From: Octopus vulgaris
Lineage: Eukaryota
Reading direction: 5' to 3'
DNA: 64,000 bases
Assembly: GCA_951406725.2 (NCBI GenBank)
Contig: OX597829.1
Coordinates: 37,386,001 to 37,450,000, forward strand
Part shown: piece after piece, positions 12,366-24,702 of the stretch
Numbering within the stretch: position 1 is the first letter of the stretch
Layout of the letters: each line of letters opens with the position of its first letter
The notes under the pieces: generated by a model
What the model saw: the letters and a program-made list of their open reading frames with translations, nothing else
What the model was told of the DNA's origin: nothing
Databases searched by the model: none
Made by a program: the position numbers and the translations under genes

Positions 12366-15300
12366 GACAGGCTTTTTTCAGTTTCTGTCTACCAAATCCA
12401 CTCACAAGGCTTTGGTTGGCCCGAGGCTATAGTAGAAGACACTTGCCCAAGATGCCACACTAGGACTGAACCCGGAACCATGTGGTTGGTAAGGAAGCTA
12501 CTTACCACACAGCCACTCCTGACAATGTTGATACGATTTTAAAATGCAAATGAGAAAGAACATAAAATAGTTGTTCTCTTTCATATTACTTTTTTTTTTT
12601 AAATTAGATACAGTGGAGGAGGAATAAATGAACTTTCCACAGACAAGAATATGCTTAATGGATCAAGACAAACTGAGATTTAGAGGGAAGGAAAGAAAAC
12701 AAAAAAAAAAAGATAACCTGAAATTTAATTTTCAAAGATGACCAAAACTCCACTTCTTAAAAAGCATCAGCAATTAAGAATATGTCTCAACCAAGTTCTG
12801 AAGATATATAACCCATTGTAGCTGGATATCACTGTTCTAACCACTGAAATTTGATGACTCAATGGTTGAATTTCCTTGAGATTTTGACAACTTTAATTTT
12901 TCTTCTTTGAAGAATCTTGGTTAATAGCTGTTGTTTACTTCCAGCTTTTTTTTTGGGGGGGGGGGGATTAATGCTTAGTCAATAGAATGACCAGAAATCT
13001 GGCCTGAATGCTTGCAATAGAGTGAATTCTACTAAAGACACCTACAGGTCAGGTATATACACACCTCACACACACACACAAATCAAGTCTTTGTATGTGT
13101 AGGGTGAGACACTCTTAAAGAATTTAACTCTGAGAGTAAAACTCACCAGTAATCTCCAACAGGTTTAGCCAACCTATCAACGCTGTTGCTGAAAAGATGG
13201 TGCACTACCTGAGACAGACAGTTCATAGGGACTCAGATAAGAGTCTCTATGAGCAGTTTGTCATTCAAAGTCTATACTCCATTTCTTATGTATTTTTAGC
13301 TTTTCATTGGTAATATTTTTTCCTATATTTAACCCTTTGGTGTTTAAGCCGGCCATATCCGGCCCAAATATCCTACATGTTTTACATTCAAACTGGCCAT
13401 ATCCAGCCCCTCACACCTAACCTACATTAACATTCTAAGAATAAACTATCACACCATTGAAACTTCAAAGCTGTTAGATAATGTATGATTAATTGAAAAT
13501 AATTTTAGTGAAAAAAGTATTACATTTAACAGATTAATCTGAACACTAAAGGGTTAAATGTTTTCCTAAATAAACATGCACTTCATTTCAGAACTTTTAA
13601 GAATAGTATAAAGTGATACACAAGCCCTCAGTGAAGACCATCTTAAAGAAGAAACAGCTGTAAGCTAATGAATTTGATTGTGTAACTCCTATTCCTCTAT
13701 CAATTTCTTTAACTTCATATTATACTGTGAATTCACCTAACACCTTATTCTGAAGCTTATGTACATTGAGTTCTAACACCAGGTTATTAGCATTGTGCAA
13801 AAAGTAAGAAAAAACATAAAGACAAGGTATAAAAAGAAATAAAAAAAAACAGCTGTATTTGGTTTATGCTCAGGTGATACATAAAAAGTACACACTACAT
13901 TTTCGGGAGTGGTTGGTGCTAGGAAGGGCATCCAGTTGTAGAAACCTTGCTTGATCAGATTGAAGCCTGGTGCAGTAGTACTGGCTTGCCAGTCCTCAGT
14001 CAAACCATCCAACCCATGCCAGCATGGAAAGCGGATGTTAAGCGATGATGGTGAAAACAGAATACATTTTGTGCATACACTATACACTCTTTAGTTCCCG
14101 AGTCATTATTTCTAATTGAAATGGTACTAGTTGCAGTCGGACAAAATCAAAGTAGGCATCTACATTGAACAACTGCCAAAAGTTGAATATCTTACAAATG
14201 ATCAATTACACCAGCAACCATCCTCAATAATAAAAATAATTTATGAAGATTGACGTAACTCTTCATGAAAGTAAATAAACAATTCAAAGAGCGTGCATAA
14301 TTGTACTGATCTTGCCCCCCCCCCCCACCTCGTCAGCATCCGTCCGTCTCGAGAGACGATGGTGTAGCTCGGAAAAGGTGGTGGGTTTATCTGCACTTCC
14401 TGGTGTGGCTGTGCAGACCAATCTTTGGCTAACTTTTCGAGATGGTTCTCTAATCTCCATGCACCTAGTGGAGCAAGTAAGCCATGGCGGGACAGCACCT
14501 TACTGGCTGGGGCTGCCCAGCTTGAGGTGGGCAGTAGCTGTCCAATGAGGCTCGATGGCCTCTCCCACTGACAGAGGTGATCCCTGGCGCTCGTTTCCTT
14601 TGCTAATCAGACTGAGTTTATCACCAGTAACTGTCCCTTCCCATGTTGTGTCAGAATCTTACGATACTGCTGGAGGGTCCTCTCCAGTCCTCTTTGTGTT
14701 GATCTACTGATCACCAGCACAGTAAAAAGCACTGCTGATAGTGCCACGTAAAAAATACCAATGTATATTCTGTAAAGTGGTTGGCATTAGGAAAGGCATC
14801 CAGCTGTAGAAACCAAGCCAAAACATTCTACAGAACCTGATGTACATCTTGGCCTTGCCAGTTCCTTCAATTTTTCCGAACCATGCCAGAATGGAAAACA
14901 GACATTTAACCCTTTAGTGTTCGCATTATTCTGCCAAAATTAATCCTTTTTTATCCACATTGCCTTGAACTAATCAGGCATTATCTTGGTGCTATGAGAT
15001 TTTGATAAGGTGGCTGTTAATTTTTAAAACGATATTGTAGGGTTGGTGTGAGAGACCAGATCTGGCAAGTTTGGACATAAAACAGGTAGAATACTTCTGG
15101 CCGGATATGGCCGGTTTAAATGCTAAAGGATTAAATGATGGTGATGACGGTTGACTTTGTCTATTGAATTGAAAGAATTGAACAATATTTCGATAGCTTG
15201 TCTTCCTCGGATTCAAAATGTAAGATGCAAAAAAAAAAAAAATGCAACAATATAGAAATTCAAAATATGAACGAGAAATATCTTGTGTTCCTTTTTAGAC

Positions 15301-16205
15301 AAAATTACATCACCAATTTTCGTTTTTTAAGAACTGGTAACAAGGAAAAAGAAAACAGGAAAGAGAACACTTAGTCAAACAGTTTTGTGTAAATGTGATG
15401 AAATTTTCCTGTTATTTTATTCGTTCCTCTAAAGCAAGGCAGGACATTAACAATTCACAAATATATTTGTCCTCATGTATTTTGAGGACTGAAATTGCAG
15501 CAGAGTCAGAAAACGTGCGCTTTCAGAGGTTCCTCAAAATTACAGTCATTAGATTTGAAATGTTCAAGTTCTGTTGAACTACTGCTATTGTGCCTGACAT
15601 CATAACTATGCCCATTGATATAACTATGGACAAAGTGAGTAAAGAACTTCATATGAAGAATTATTTGTCAATCCAAACCCCAATTTCAGAGAGGAGCTTG
15701 GCAAAATAATTTCGGAAAAGGAGGGAAACAATTTCATAAATGAGACTGAATCTAGGATTTTGTGCTCAGAACAAAGAATGCATACTTTATAGTCTCCCAA
15801 AAATGCACAAGAAGTTTGAAAAATTTCTTCCAATTTGCAGCAGGTATGAATGCTGCACAGCCAAAACTTTGGAATGATTAAATGGCTTTCAACTCCCTGT
15901 AGCAAGAAGATCAAGTTGTTATGTTCAGAATACTTTTGATTTTGTGTCCAAAATATAATCATGGATGTTTCTTCACAATACCCCGACATTGACCTTGATG
16001 AGTGGGTGTGGGTGGAAGCAAGCATGAAAGCTATTGAAAAATGGTCAAACAAAAGTATTCCATCTAATTTCTTCCGTAAATTATAGAAGTTTGCATTATA
16101 AAGTAACACAAATTTTACCACCAGACAAGGGGTTGCACCATAGATGCCTCCATGGCAGTTAATTTCACTAATATCTTCAGGACAAAATTCCAGACACAGT
16201 TAATG

Positions 16206-16562
16206 TACATTATTTACATTTGACGGATATTTCTCCTCATCTTGTTTGTTGTTAACACGTTTCGGCTGATATACCCTCCAGCCTTCTTCAGGTGTCTTGG
16301 GGAAATTTTATAGTGGTTAAGAGTGCAGACTACTAATCCCAAGATTCCGAGTTCGATTCCAGGCAGTGACCTGAATAATAATAATAACATCGAAAAATAC
16401 TTTAGGAATGAGAACCCAGTTTCAAAATTACCCTAAGACACCTGATGAAGGCTGGAGGGTATATCAACCGAAACGTTGTGTTAACAACAAACAAGATGAG
16501 GATAAATATCCGTCAATTGCAAATAATGTGCATAATTCCTCATCTCTTAAATATAGAACTGT
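16206..16562. mobile_element. tRNA-headed short element with hammerhead motifs, inverted dimer
   Basis: Flanked by the 10-bp duplication acagttaatg (16196-16205, 16563-16572); B-box tRNA-like head; CTGANGA...GAAAC on both strands. Confidence 0.75.
16437..16482 (+). ncRNA. Minimal type I hammerhead ribozyme motif
   Basis: GACAC-CTGATGA-A-GGCTG..CAACC-GAAA-CG-TT-GTGTT; palindromic stem III (AACGTT). Confidence 0.65.
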
Positions 16563-17198
16563 ACAGTTAATGGAAACATTCAAATCTCTGCACAGTCATG
16601 AACCAATACTCTGGTTACTATTCATAGATGGTGTCCTTTTTGCCTGGGGAGCGTCACAGGACAGTTTAGTTTACTTCTTGCAGTTCAGTAACTGTTACAC
16701 AAGAAAGCTGTGGCTTTAAGTCCAATATAAAATTCACATCTAGTTTTCCAAAATCTAGTGTTGTGTTTTTTGGACACAAAAGTTAAGTTTTCAGAGGACA
16801 GAAAAGTGACAGAGTTATTTTGAAAGACCACATCACCTAACATTTATCTCCACCACCATTCTTATCATCCACATCATACAATTCGAAATCCCAATTTTTC
16901 AAAATAAAATGGATTTAAAAGACAGGCAATTATTGGAAACATGCAAATGCTTTTGTATGCCATTATGACAAACAAGGTTACAGTGAATCATGATTAAAAG
17001 AAATCACAAACAACGTAGCTAAAATCAGAAAGGAAAGTCAAAGCTTCACACAATTTTAGTAGCCAAAATAAAATTTGTGATCAAATTCCTTTAGTGATTA
17101 AGTGGTAATAAATTTTCACTGGCATTTCAAAAGTGTTGCATGAGAATTACCAGCATCTTTCAGAAAAATATCTTTGTTTCAAACAAATATTCCCTTAA

Positions 17199-17730
17199 TA
17201 CAGTTCTATATTTGTCCTCATCTTGTTTGTCGTTAACACATTTCGGTTGATATACCCTCCAGCCTTCATCAGGTGTCTTGGAGAAATTTCGAACCTGGGT
17301 TCTCACTCCTAAGGTATTTTTCGATGTTATTATTATTCATGTCACTGCATGGAATTGAACTCGGAATCTAGGGTTTAGTAGCCTGCGCTCTTAACCACTA
17401 CACCATATGCCTGTGGGCATATGGCATAGTAGTTAAGAGTGCGGGCTACTAACCCCAAGATTCCGAGTTCAATTCCAGGTAGTGACAGGCATTTGACGTA
17501 GTGGTTAAGAGCACGGGCTACTAACCCCAAGATTTCAAGTTCGATTCCAGGCAGTGACCTGAATAATAATAATAATAATGATAATAATAATAATAACAAC
17601 AACAACAACATCGAAAAATACCTTAGGAATGAGAACCCAGGTTCGAAATTTCCCCCAAGACACCTGATGAAGGCTGGAGGGTATATCAGCCGAAATGTTG
17701 TGTTAACAACAAACAAGATGAGGACATAAA
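17199..17730. mobile_element. Second inverted dimer of the same tRNA-head/hammerhead element
   Basis: A minus copy, then two tandem tRNA-like heads, (AAT)n and a plus-strand hammerhead motif. Confidence 0.75.
17659..17704 (+). ncRNA. Minimal type I hammerhead ribozyme motif
   Basis: GACAC-CTGATGA-A-GGCTG..CAGCC-GAAA-TG-TT-GTGTT; perfect stem II. Confidence 0.6.
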
Positions 17731-18061
17731 TATCTGCTTATTGTAGACTTATCTGCTTATTGTAGACTTTAGATACAATAAAAATATAATAAAACTATTA
17801 ACCACTACCTCTAAGCCGAAGAAAATTGCCATTGGAGTTTCTGTATGCTGCACCTATAAAAACTGCAGCAAGGGAAGTAAGACCTGTTCATTGTACAGTA
17901 ACTAACCACAACAGAAATGTTAAGATTTATATAGAAGGTGGGACATATAAAGATTCAAATTTGGTGTACGCAGCAAAAAGCACCAAATGCAACTTGATTT
18001 ATGTTGGTTGCACAACAGAACAATTAGATGAAAGGTTCAACGGGTGTAGGCATGACATTAA

Positions 18062-18281
18062 CCCTTTCATTACCAACCCCGCTGAAACCGGCTCTGGCTC
18101 TAAGTACAAATGACTAATTTTCATAAGTTTGGAACTAAAATCTTCCACCAAACCTTAGACACAATTTATGTTCCTAACATTAGCTGAATGATCACTAAGT
18201 TATTTTACTAAATTCTTGGTTATATTTAAAGTAATTGAAAGAAAAACAGAGTATCTCAAAATAAATACAGTAATGAAAGGG
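18062..18281. mobile_element. piggyBac MITE family 1 (other copies 8946-9306, 49787-50006)
   Basis: TTAA-flanked, CCCTTTCATTAC termini shared with the large piggyBac. Confidence 0.88.
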
Positions 18282-18689
18282 TTAAGCATAATAGCAGTAG
18301 TTCAACGAAATTTGCCAGACATTTTACGTCTAATAGACGTAATTTTGAGGAACGTTTAAAAGTGCACATTCTCAGAAAACACTCAATTTGATCATCTGTA
18401 AGGATTTGTAGGGTGATATGGGGTGAGAAAATTCTAATCAAAACTATCTTTTCTTTTTTTTGCATAACCGTACAAGGCCTAGTGTATAGTAAAGATTGTT
18501 TGCCAACATAATCTGGTTTAGGACAAATGTTGCTGTAATTTAGCCCCAAGAGACATCGTCTCCAGCTGGCTATACAACATGATGTGTCCTTATATTAAAA
18601 TTTTTTTTCTTTCAAACATGTTATGTTGGCAAACAATCTTTGCTACAAAGTACTGTTGCTGAATATCTCACGTTGTGAGATTTATAAAT

Positions 18690-19170
18690 AGTAATTTTCT
18701 AAGGCCCAGTGTGTTGAACACAAAAATGAGTTGGTAGCGTACTAGTTCTGTAGCGTACCAACAGATGGCAGCACATAGTTGCATGCACAATGAATTCTTC
18801 ATAACGACAATGCACCCTGTCACCAATCTCTCCTCACTCGTGACTTTCTCACCAAAAACATGGTATCGCTTCCACACCCACCCTATTCTCCTATTAACAC
18901 CTGCAGACTTTCATCTCTTCCCCAAGATGAAAATTCAGCCCAAAGGTCAGTTTTAACACCATTGTTGAGATCAAGAGCGAATCACAGAAGGTCCTCAGCT
19001 TCTTTATGGAAAAGGACTTCCAGGCTGGATCCAAAAGTGGCAGGAATGCTGGGACCAGTGTATTGCTGGGCAAGGTTGACTAATTCAAAGGAGATGATGG
19101 TAAAACTTAGGTAGGTAAGTTATTTTTTATTAAACATAACTTGTCCAGGAACCTTTTGATACCACCTCAT
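18690..19170 (+). mobile_element. Mariner relic (3' part)
   Basis: HNDNAPCH- and HPPYSP-like remnants with a TIR-like end. Confidence 0.6.
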
Positions 19171-20565
19171 ATACATGACTTTTTTGAAAATAACTATAAC
19201 TTATGACTGATTATATAGTGTGCTTCAATTCAGAATAGATAATAGATTGTGTATATTCTTTTACTTGTTTCAGTCATTTGGCTGTGGCCATGCTGGAGCA
19301 CCACTTTTAGTCGAATAAACCGACCCCAGGACTTATTCTTTGTAAGCCTAGTACTTATTCTATCGGTCTGTTTTGCCGAACCCGCTAAGTCACAGGGACA
19401 TAAACACACCAACATCGGTTATCAAGCGATGTTGGGGGGACAAACACAGACACACAAACATATACATACACATACATATATACGACGGGTTTCTTTCAGT
19501 TTCCCTCTACCAAATCCACTCACAAGGCTTTGGTTGGCCCGAGGCTATAGTAGAAGACACTTGCCCAATGTGCCACGCAGTGGTACTGAACCTGGAACCA
19601 TTTGATTGGTAAGCAAGCTACTTACCACACAGCCACTCCTACGCCTATATGCACAATTTTTAAAAATATATTTTGAATTTCGATTTCAAAAATTATTTTG
19701 AAATTATAATCAGAAACAAATTGCATATTCTGACCGTCCATATTTTTAAAAAATCGAAAAACAGTGAAAATTTTAGATTTATGGGAGGATAAAAAGGGAA
19801 TTGGAAATTTTTTTTATTTGTTTTTGCATAATCGTATGAATTCCAAAAATTTTGTAAAAATTCCCCCAACTAAAAAAAAGTGATAAGGGCTATATGGTAT
19901 GCTTTTATGGTATGGCAGAATTCCATCAATAATAATCATTTTTTCTACTATAGGCACAAGGCCTGAAACTTTAGGGGACGGGGACTAGTGATTTCATCGA
20001 CCCAAGTGCATCACTTGTACTTATTTCATCGACCCCGAAAGGATGAAAGACAAGGTCGACTTCGGCGGAATTTGAACTCAGAACTTGAGAACGAACGAAA
20101 TGCTGCTAAGCCTTTTGCACGGCGTGCTAACGATTCTGCCAGCTCGCCACCTTAATGATAAATAATAATGCTTTCTTTATCTACCACTTAAGGGGTCATA
20201 AAAAAAGAAACATCGGAAACGATCCAGAACAATACAATAAGGAGTTATATAAACAGATGCATGCAAATAGTAAAAGCGAGAATATAAATTCTAACTGAAA
20301 AATTCCCCAAAAGAAGGAGACTTTCTAGAGTTGCTCATGGAAATCCCACAAAACCATATAGGCACAAAGTCTGAAATGTTGGGAAATCGATTACATTGAC
20401 CTCAATACTCAATTGGTAATTATATAATCGATCCTGAAAGGATGAGGGTCGACCTCGGCAACATTTGAACTCAGAACGTAAATAATCGACTGTAAACATC
20501 GTTTATAGTTGATTATTTAATTAGAGATGTGTGTTCAAAGAACATAACATACCTCAACCACATAC

Positions 20566-20700
20566 CTGTCTTACATGATGTTTATAATGTGATTGACTTT
20601 CTTTGGGAAGCTTCTTAATGTCCCTTAGAAGTCTCCGATATAAATGAGCCGGTTTCTGGATGAGGAAAGGTGTTTTGCTTGACAGCATGGCTAACTTCAT
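20566..20700 (-). CDS. LYRM9: LYR motif-containing protein 9, coding exon 1 (MKLAMLSSKTPFLIQKPAHLYRRLLRDIKKLPKESQSHYKHHVRQ)
   Basis: Hand translation: LYR motif (HLYRRLLR) and HYKHHVRQ match the LYRM9 family as recalled; ends CAG|gtatgt, phase 0; second in-frame ATG at 20688. Confidence 0.9.
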
Positions 20701-20854
20701 TAATAATTAATCAAAGTCTTAACTAAAGCATCAGACAGAACGTAAAGTTAACCGCTCTGAGTCGTCGTCGTCACATCTTTCGACTTATAGATGGTCTGTT
20801 GTCCCAACGTGGGCAAACGTTACCGATCACCAACGTATATAGCAACATATATCA

Positions 20855-20876
20855 ACTTCCGGGTGTTTACTTCCGA
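20855..20876. promoter_or_regulatory. Tandem ETS/GABP-type motifs (ACTTCCGG, ACTTCCGA) in the probable LYRM9 promoter
   Basis: About 155-175 bp upstream of the LYRM9 ATG in a locally CpG-richer patch; another ACTTCCGG at 23548-23555 just before the THOC5 ATG. Confidence 0.5.
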
Positions 20877-21070
20877 TATAAATATTGATATTTTAACATT
20901 GACCCAAGGTCACGAATTCGGGTTTGGTTGATAATAGGGTGTTTTAGCCTTAGCGCTTTCTTGTTTTTCACATTCATATTTAGAATGCTTTATAGGAATA
21001 TTAAACTTAACTGCTACTTTAGTTGATCGAACCTTAAATAATGAAATATACGCAGAAACGCATATATATA

Positions 21071-21488
21071 TTTCTTTAGTACCCACAAGGGGGCTAAACA
21101 TAGAGGGGACAAACAAGGACAGACAAAGGGATTAAGTCGACTACATCGACCCGGGTGCGTGAATGGTACTTAATTTATCGACCCCGAAAGGATGAAAGGC
21201 AAAGTCGACCTCGGCGGAATTTGAACTCGGAACGTAACGACAGACGAAATACCTATTTCTTTACTACCCACACGGGGCTAAACACAGAGGGGACAAACAA
21301 GGACAGACAAAGGGATTAAGTCGACTACATCGACCCCAGTGCGTAGCTGGTACTTAATTTATCGACCCCGAAAGGATGAAAGGCAAAGTCGACCTCGGCG
21401 GAATTTGAACTCGGAACGTAACGACAGACGAAATACGGCTACGAATTTCGCCCGGCGTGCTAACGTTTCTGCCAGCTCGCCGCCTTCA
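21071..21488 (-). mobile_element. tRNA-derived SINE family B with Nin-like domain, partly tandem-duplicated (also about 7045-7680 x3, 19945-20155, 48515-48742)
   Basis: Head ggcgagctggcagaa...gagttcaaattcc; gcctttcatcctttcggggtcgataaa..agtacca domain. Confidence 0.8.
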
Positions 21489-22794
21489 CGCATATACGAC
21501 GAGATTGCTCCTACGGCCATACCTACGCTAGTGTGCCTTCCTCAACTCCTGGTTTTATTTCCTCATAACTCGCAGAAAAATTTATATTTTTGACCAATAC
21601 TTTTCAGATGGTGTAGATTATGATTATATTGGAATTCGATTAGAAAAGGAAAACTCGTGTATGCGTGTGTGCACGCGCGCACACACGCATACATACATAG
21701 ATGCGCACGCACGCACAGAGAGAGAGAGAGAGAGAGCACTGTCATGGTAAGCTGTCAGTGACAGTAGGAAAAATCTGACTTTGTTGGATCTTTTCGGTTT
21801 GAACGGCAGTTTTTTCTAGCAGTGTCATATGAAATTGTCACCCATAATTATGACCCTAGTATCGATCTATTGCATTTCAATCTGTTTTAGGGTTAGCGGT
21901 GGGGGGAAGAGTATCTTTTTTTCCTCACAAATGTAAATAAACCCAATCTGTTTCTTAAACGCGGGACATTTTCATACGGCACAGAATTTTTTTTTTTTTA
22001 CCTCAATGGACGTCAATGATTGATTGAAATTGAAGAAATTGAAGAAAAAAACAACAACAAATATCTTACAAAGTATAGAATTTTCTCAATAAAGCCAAGA
22101 GAAAAAGATGTTTTATAAACACATTCTACCGCCGTTCAAACCGAAAAGGTCCGAAAAAGATACCTTGTGGCCATAAACTGAGGGGTCACTCGTAAACAGA
22201 GCTGGATAACAAAACCGTTCCCCCTTTAGTGTCCACCCATAATTATGACCCTAGTATCGATCTATTGCATTAGGTTAGAGTTAATGTTAGGGTTAGGGGG
22301 AAGGGTATCTTTTTTTCTTCAGAAATGTAAATAAACCCAATCTGTTTCTTAAACGAATATATATGTAATGTGTGTATCTGTGCAACAGAGAGGAAAATTA
22401 AAACTGCATATATTGTAAACTTAGAATATGTGTTTATTAATAAAAGTTTAATAACGATTATCTTTTATTCATATGAACATAACTGATATGAAATATGTCA
22501 TAAATAACAGCGACAAACTGATATGACACCGCAAATAAATGTTGCTGACACACTACGGCAGAAATTGAATTCACCTCAATAGAAATTGCCGAAATGCAAG
22601 AAATTAAAGAACAAATAGCTTACAAACTACAGAATTTTCTCGAGAAAGCCAAGAGAAAAAGATGTTTTATAAACACATTCTACCAGTATACGAAGTTTGA
22701 AAGTGTTTAGTTACAAAAAAATTATTTAAAAATCTGCCAGTCGAAGCGAAAAAATCCCTGTTGGATTTGACTTATTCCTTATTTAATAATATTA

Positions 22795-23190
22795 TCTTTA
22801 TATATAAAAGTGAAGTTGTGTGTCTGTCTCCTACGATTTAGATTCCTAACTACTCCCACATTTTGCAGTGCAGTTTAACCAAAAGCGGGTATCTTATAGT
22901 CGTGATTCATATCGAGCCCTTCTGGGTATTAGCGCGCGTCTACGATGAGTCTACGATTTAAAAAAAAATTTACCATAATTTTTTCCATTTTAATGCATTT
23001 TTTCGCTATTATATAAGGGAAGTAACTCTCTAAAAATGTCTACGATGAGTCAACGATTTAAAAAAAATTTACCATCATTTTTTTCCCATTTTTAATGCAT
23101 TTTTTTGCTATTTTTTGGCTATAACTCTCTAAAAATGCTTATATAGTTATTTCCCTTACAAACCCGAGCAACGCCGGGCGATACTGCTAG
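22795..23190 (+). mobile_element. Non-autonomous Helitron
   Basis: A|TC start, subterminal hairpin cccgagcaacgccggg, CTAG|T end, no TSD. Confidence 0.88.
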
Positions 23191-23607
23191 TATATAATAA
23201 AATTATAAGGCACAAAGAGGAAAAGACTATCCCTAGACACAACAGATTATTTAATAACCTTTAGTGTATATGCATGTGTTATTGTCTCCCTTCATGGCTT
23301 TCTAATGGCGAGAGTTACTAGTTGATTTTTTCAAATTTTTATGTAAACCTGAACTAAACTTGAATTAAATTCTACAACAAAGTTTACTGATACTATTGCC
23401 GCCACTCTATGTCTGCTATTCTCACTACTTTAACTGTCTCCCTTACTATTAGTAAGGGATGTCTCCCTTACTATTAGTAAGGGATATAACTGACTGCTGC
23501 TGCTGCTGCTACCATCTATTACCTCTACTATGACTATAGCTACATCTACTTCCGGTAGGGTCTCTACTGTACCTACTACTGGTACTTACTCTATAGAAAC
23601 CGGTAAC

Positions 23608-23652
23608 ATGAAGAAATCAATGGATGTTAAAAAACACAAGCTAGAAGAGAAT
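23608..23652 (+). CDS. THOC5: THO complex subunit 5, exon 1 (MKKSMDVKKHKLEEN)
   Basis: ATG, basic N-terminus, strong AAT|gtaagt donor in phase 0 with exon 2; the start could instead be the in-frame ATG at 23530. Confidence 0.7.
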
Positions 23653-23868
23653 GTAAGTTATATTGCTATTACAATTATTATCAATAACTATTCACGAATA
23701 ATTTAACGGTACTACTAGCGAACAGTGGTCCCGGTGCGCGCTCTATATTTCTTGGTTCCGAACTATGATGGATGTAGGCCTTTATAGTCTTGACTTAGTA
23801 TATCGTAACCAAATCTCCCTCGATATAGATGTCACCGCACCGTTTTAAAAGGGAACGAACACATTGCA

Positions 23869-24702
23869 GGTACTACTAGCTAACAGTGGTCCCGGTGCGC
23901 GCACTCGCGCATCCGCGCTAGCTAGTCGTAAGTAGTCGATCCTACAACGATTTGTAGGATCAACGAATTAAATATTTTTCGAACAAAGTAAATAAAACGC
24001 AAAGTAAATAATTTTTTAAACTAAGTAAATAAATTATTTTTTTATAAACAAACTAAGGGATATTTTTCGGTTTGAACGGCAGTTTTTAAAATAATTTCCA
24101 CGTAACTAAACACTTTTAAACTTCGTATACTGGTAGAATGTGTTTATAAAACATCTTTTTCTCTTGGTTTTATTGAGAAAATTCTATAGTTTGTAACATA
24201 TTTGTTGTTGTGTTTTTCTTCAATTTCTGCAATTTCAACCAATCAATGACGTCTATTGAAGTGAAAACATTCTGTGCCGTATGAATATGTCCCTCGTTTA
24301 AGAAACAGATTGGGTTTATTTACATTTGTGAAGAAAAAAAGATACCCTTCCCCCTAACCCTAACCCTAAAACAGATTGAAATGCAATAGATCGATACTAG
24401 GGTCATAATTATGGGTGACAATTTCATATGACACTGCTAGAAAAAACTATCGTTCAAACCGAAAATATCCAAACTAAGGTTAGGGTAGGGTTACAAAATT
24501 TTTTTTTAATTATTTACTTTGCGTTTTATTTAGTTTATTCGAAAAATATAAAAAAAACATTTTCTTCTATATGTATTCAGCCTTGAAATACAAACATGCG
24601 CAAATCTATTCATTTGCATACGCGCAAGTCGTTGTAGGATCGACTACTTACGACTAGCTTGCGCGAGTGCGCGCACCGGGACCACTGTTCGCTAGTGGTG
24701 CC
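23869..24702. mobile_element. Mutator-like MITE with long TIRs
   Basis: Long inverted ends ggtactactagc.aacagtggtcccggtgcgcgcactcgcgc; 9-bp TSD cacattgca on both sides. Confidence 0.85.
24058..24470. mobile_element. TIR MITE (8-9 bp TSD, Mutator/Merlin type) nested in the previous element; related rearranged copies at 21786-22757
   Basis: ggatattttcggtttgaacg TIRs, aaactaag duplication, internal (ccctaa)3. Confidence 0.8.

Larger units (their letters stand above)
15400..18060 (+). mobile_element. Decayed Penelope-like element (RT plus GIY-YIG endonuclease), interrupted by two insertions
   Basis: LYSLPKMHK (~15785), MDVSSQYPDI (15961), QTRG...NIF (~16120), LWLLFIDGV (~16610), and NLVYAAKSTKCNLIYVGCT...RF GIY-YIG (17950-18050); boundaries approximate. 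Confidence 0.85.

Noticed and set aside
17415-17560. Functional tRNA genes
   Set aside because: A/B boxes are present but acceptor and T stems do not pair properly; they are heads of a repeated element.
24350-24370. Telomeric (CCCTAA)n
   Set aside because: Only about 3 units, internal to a MITE family.
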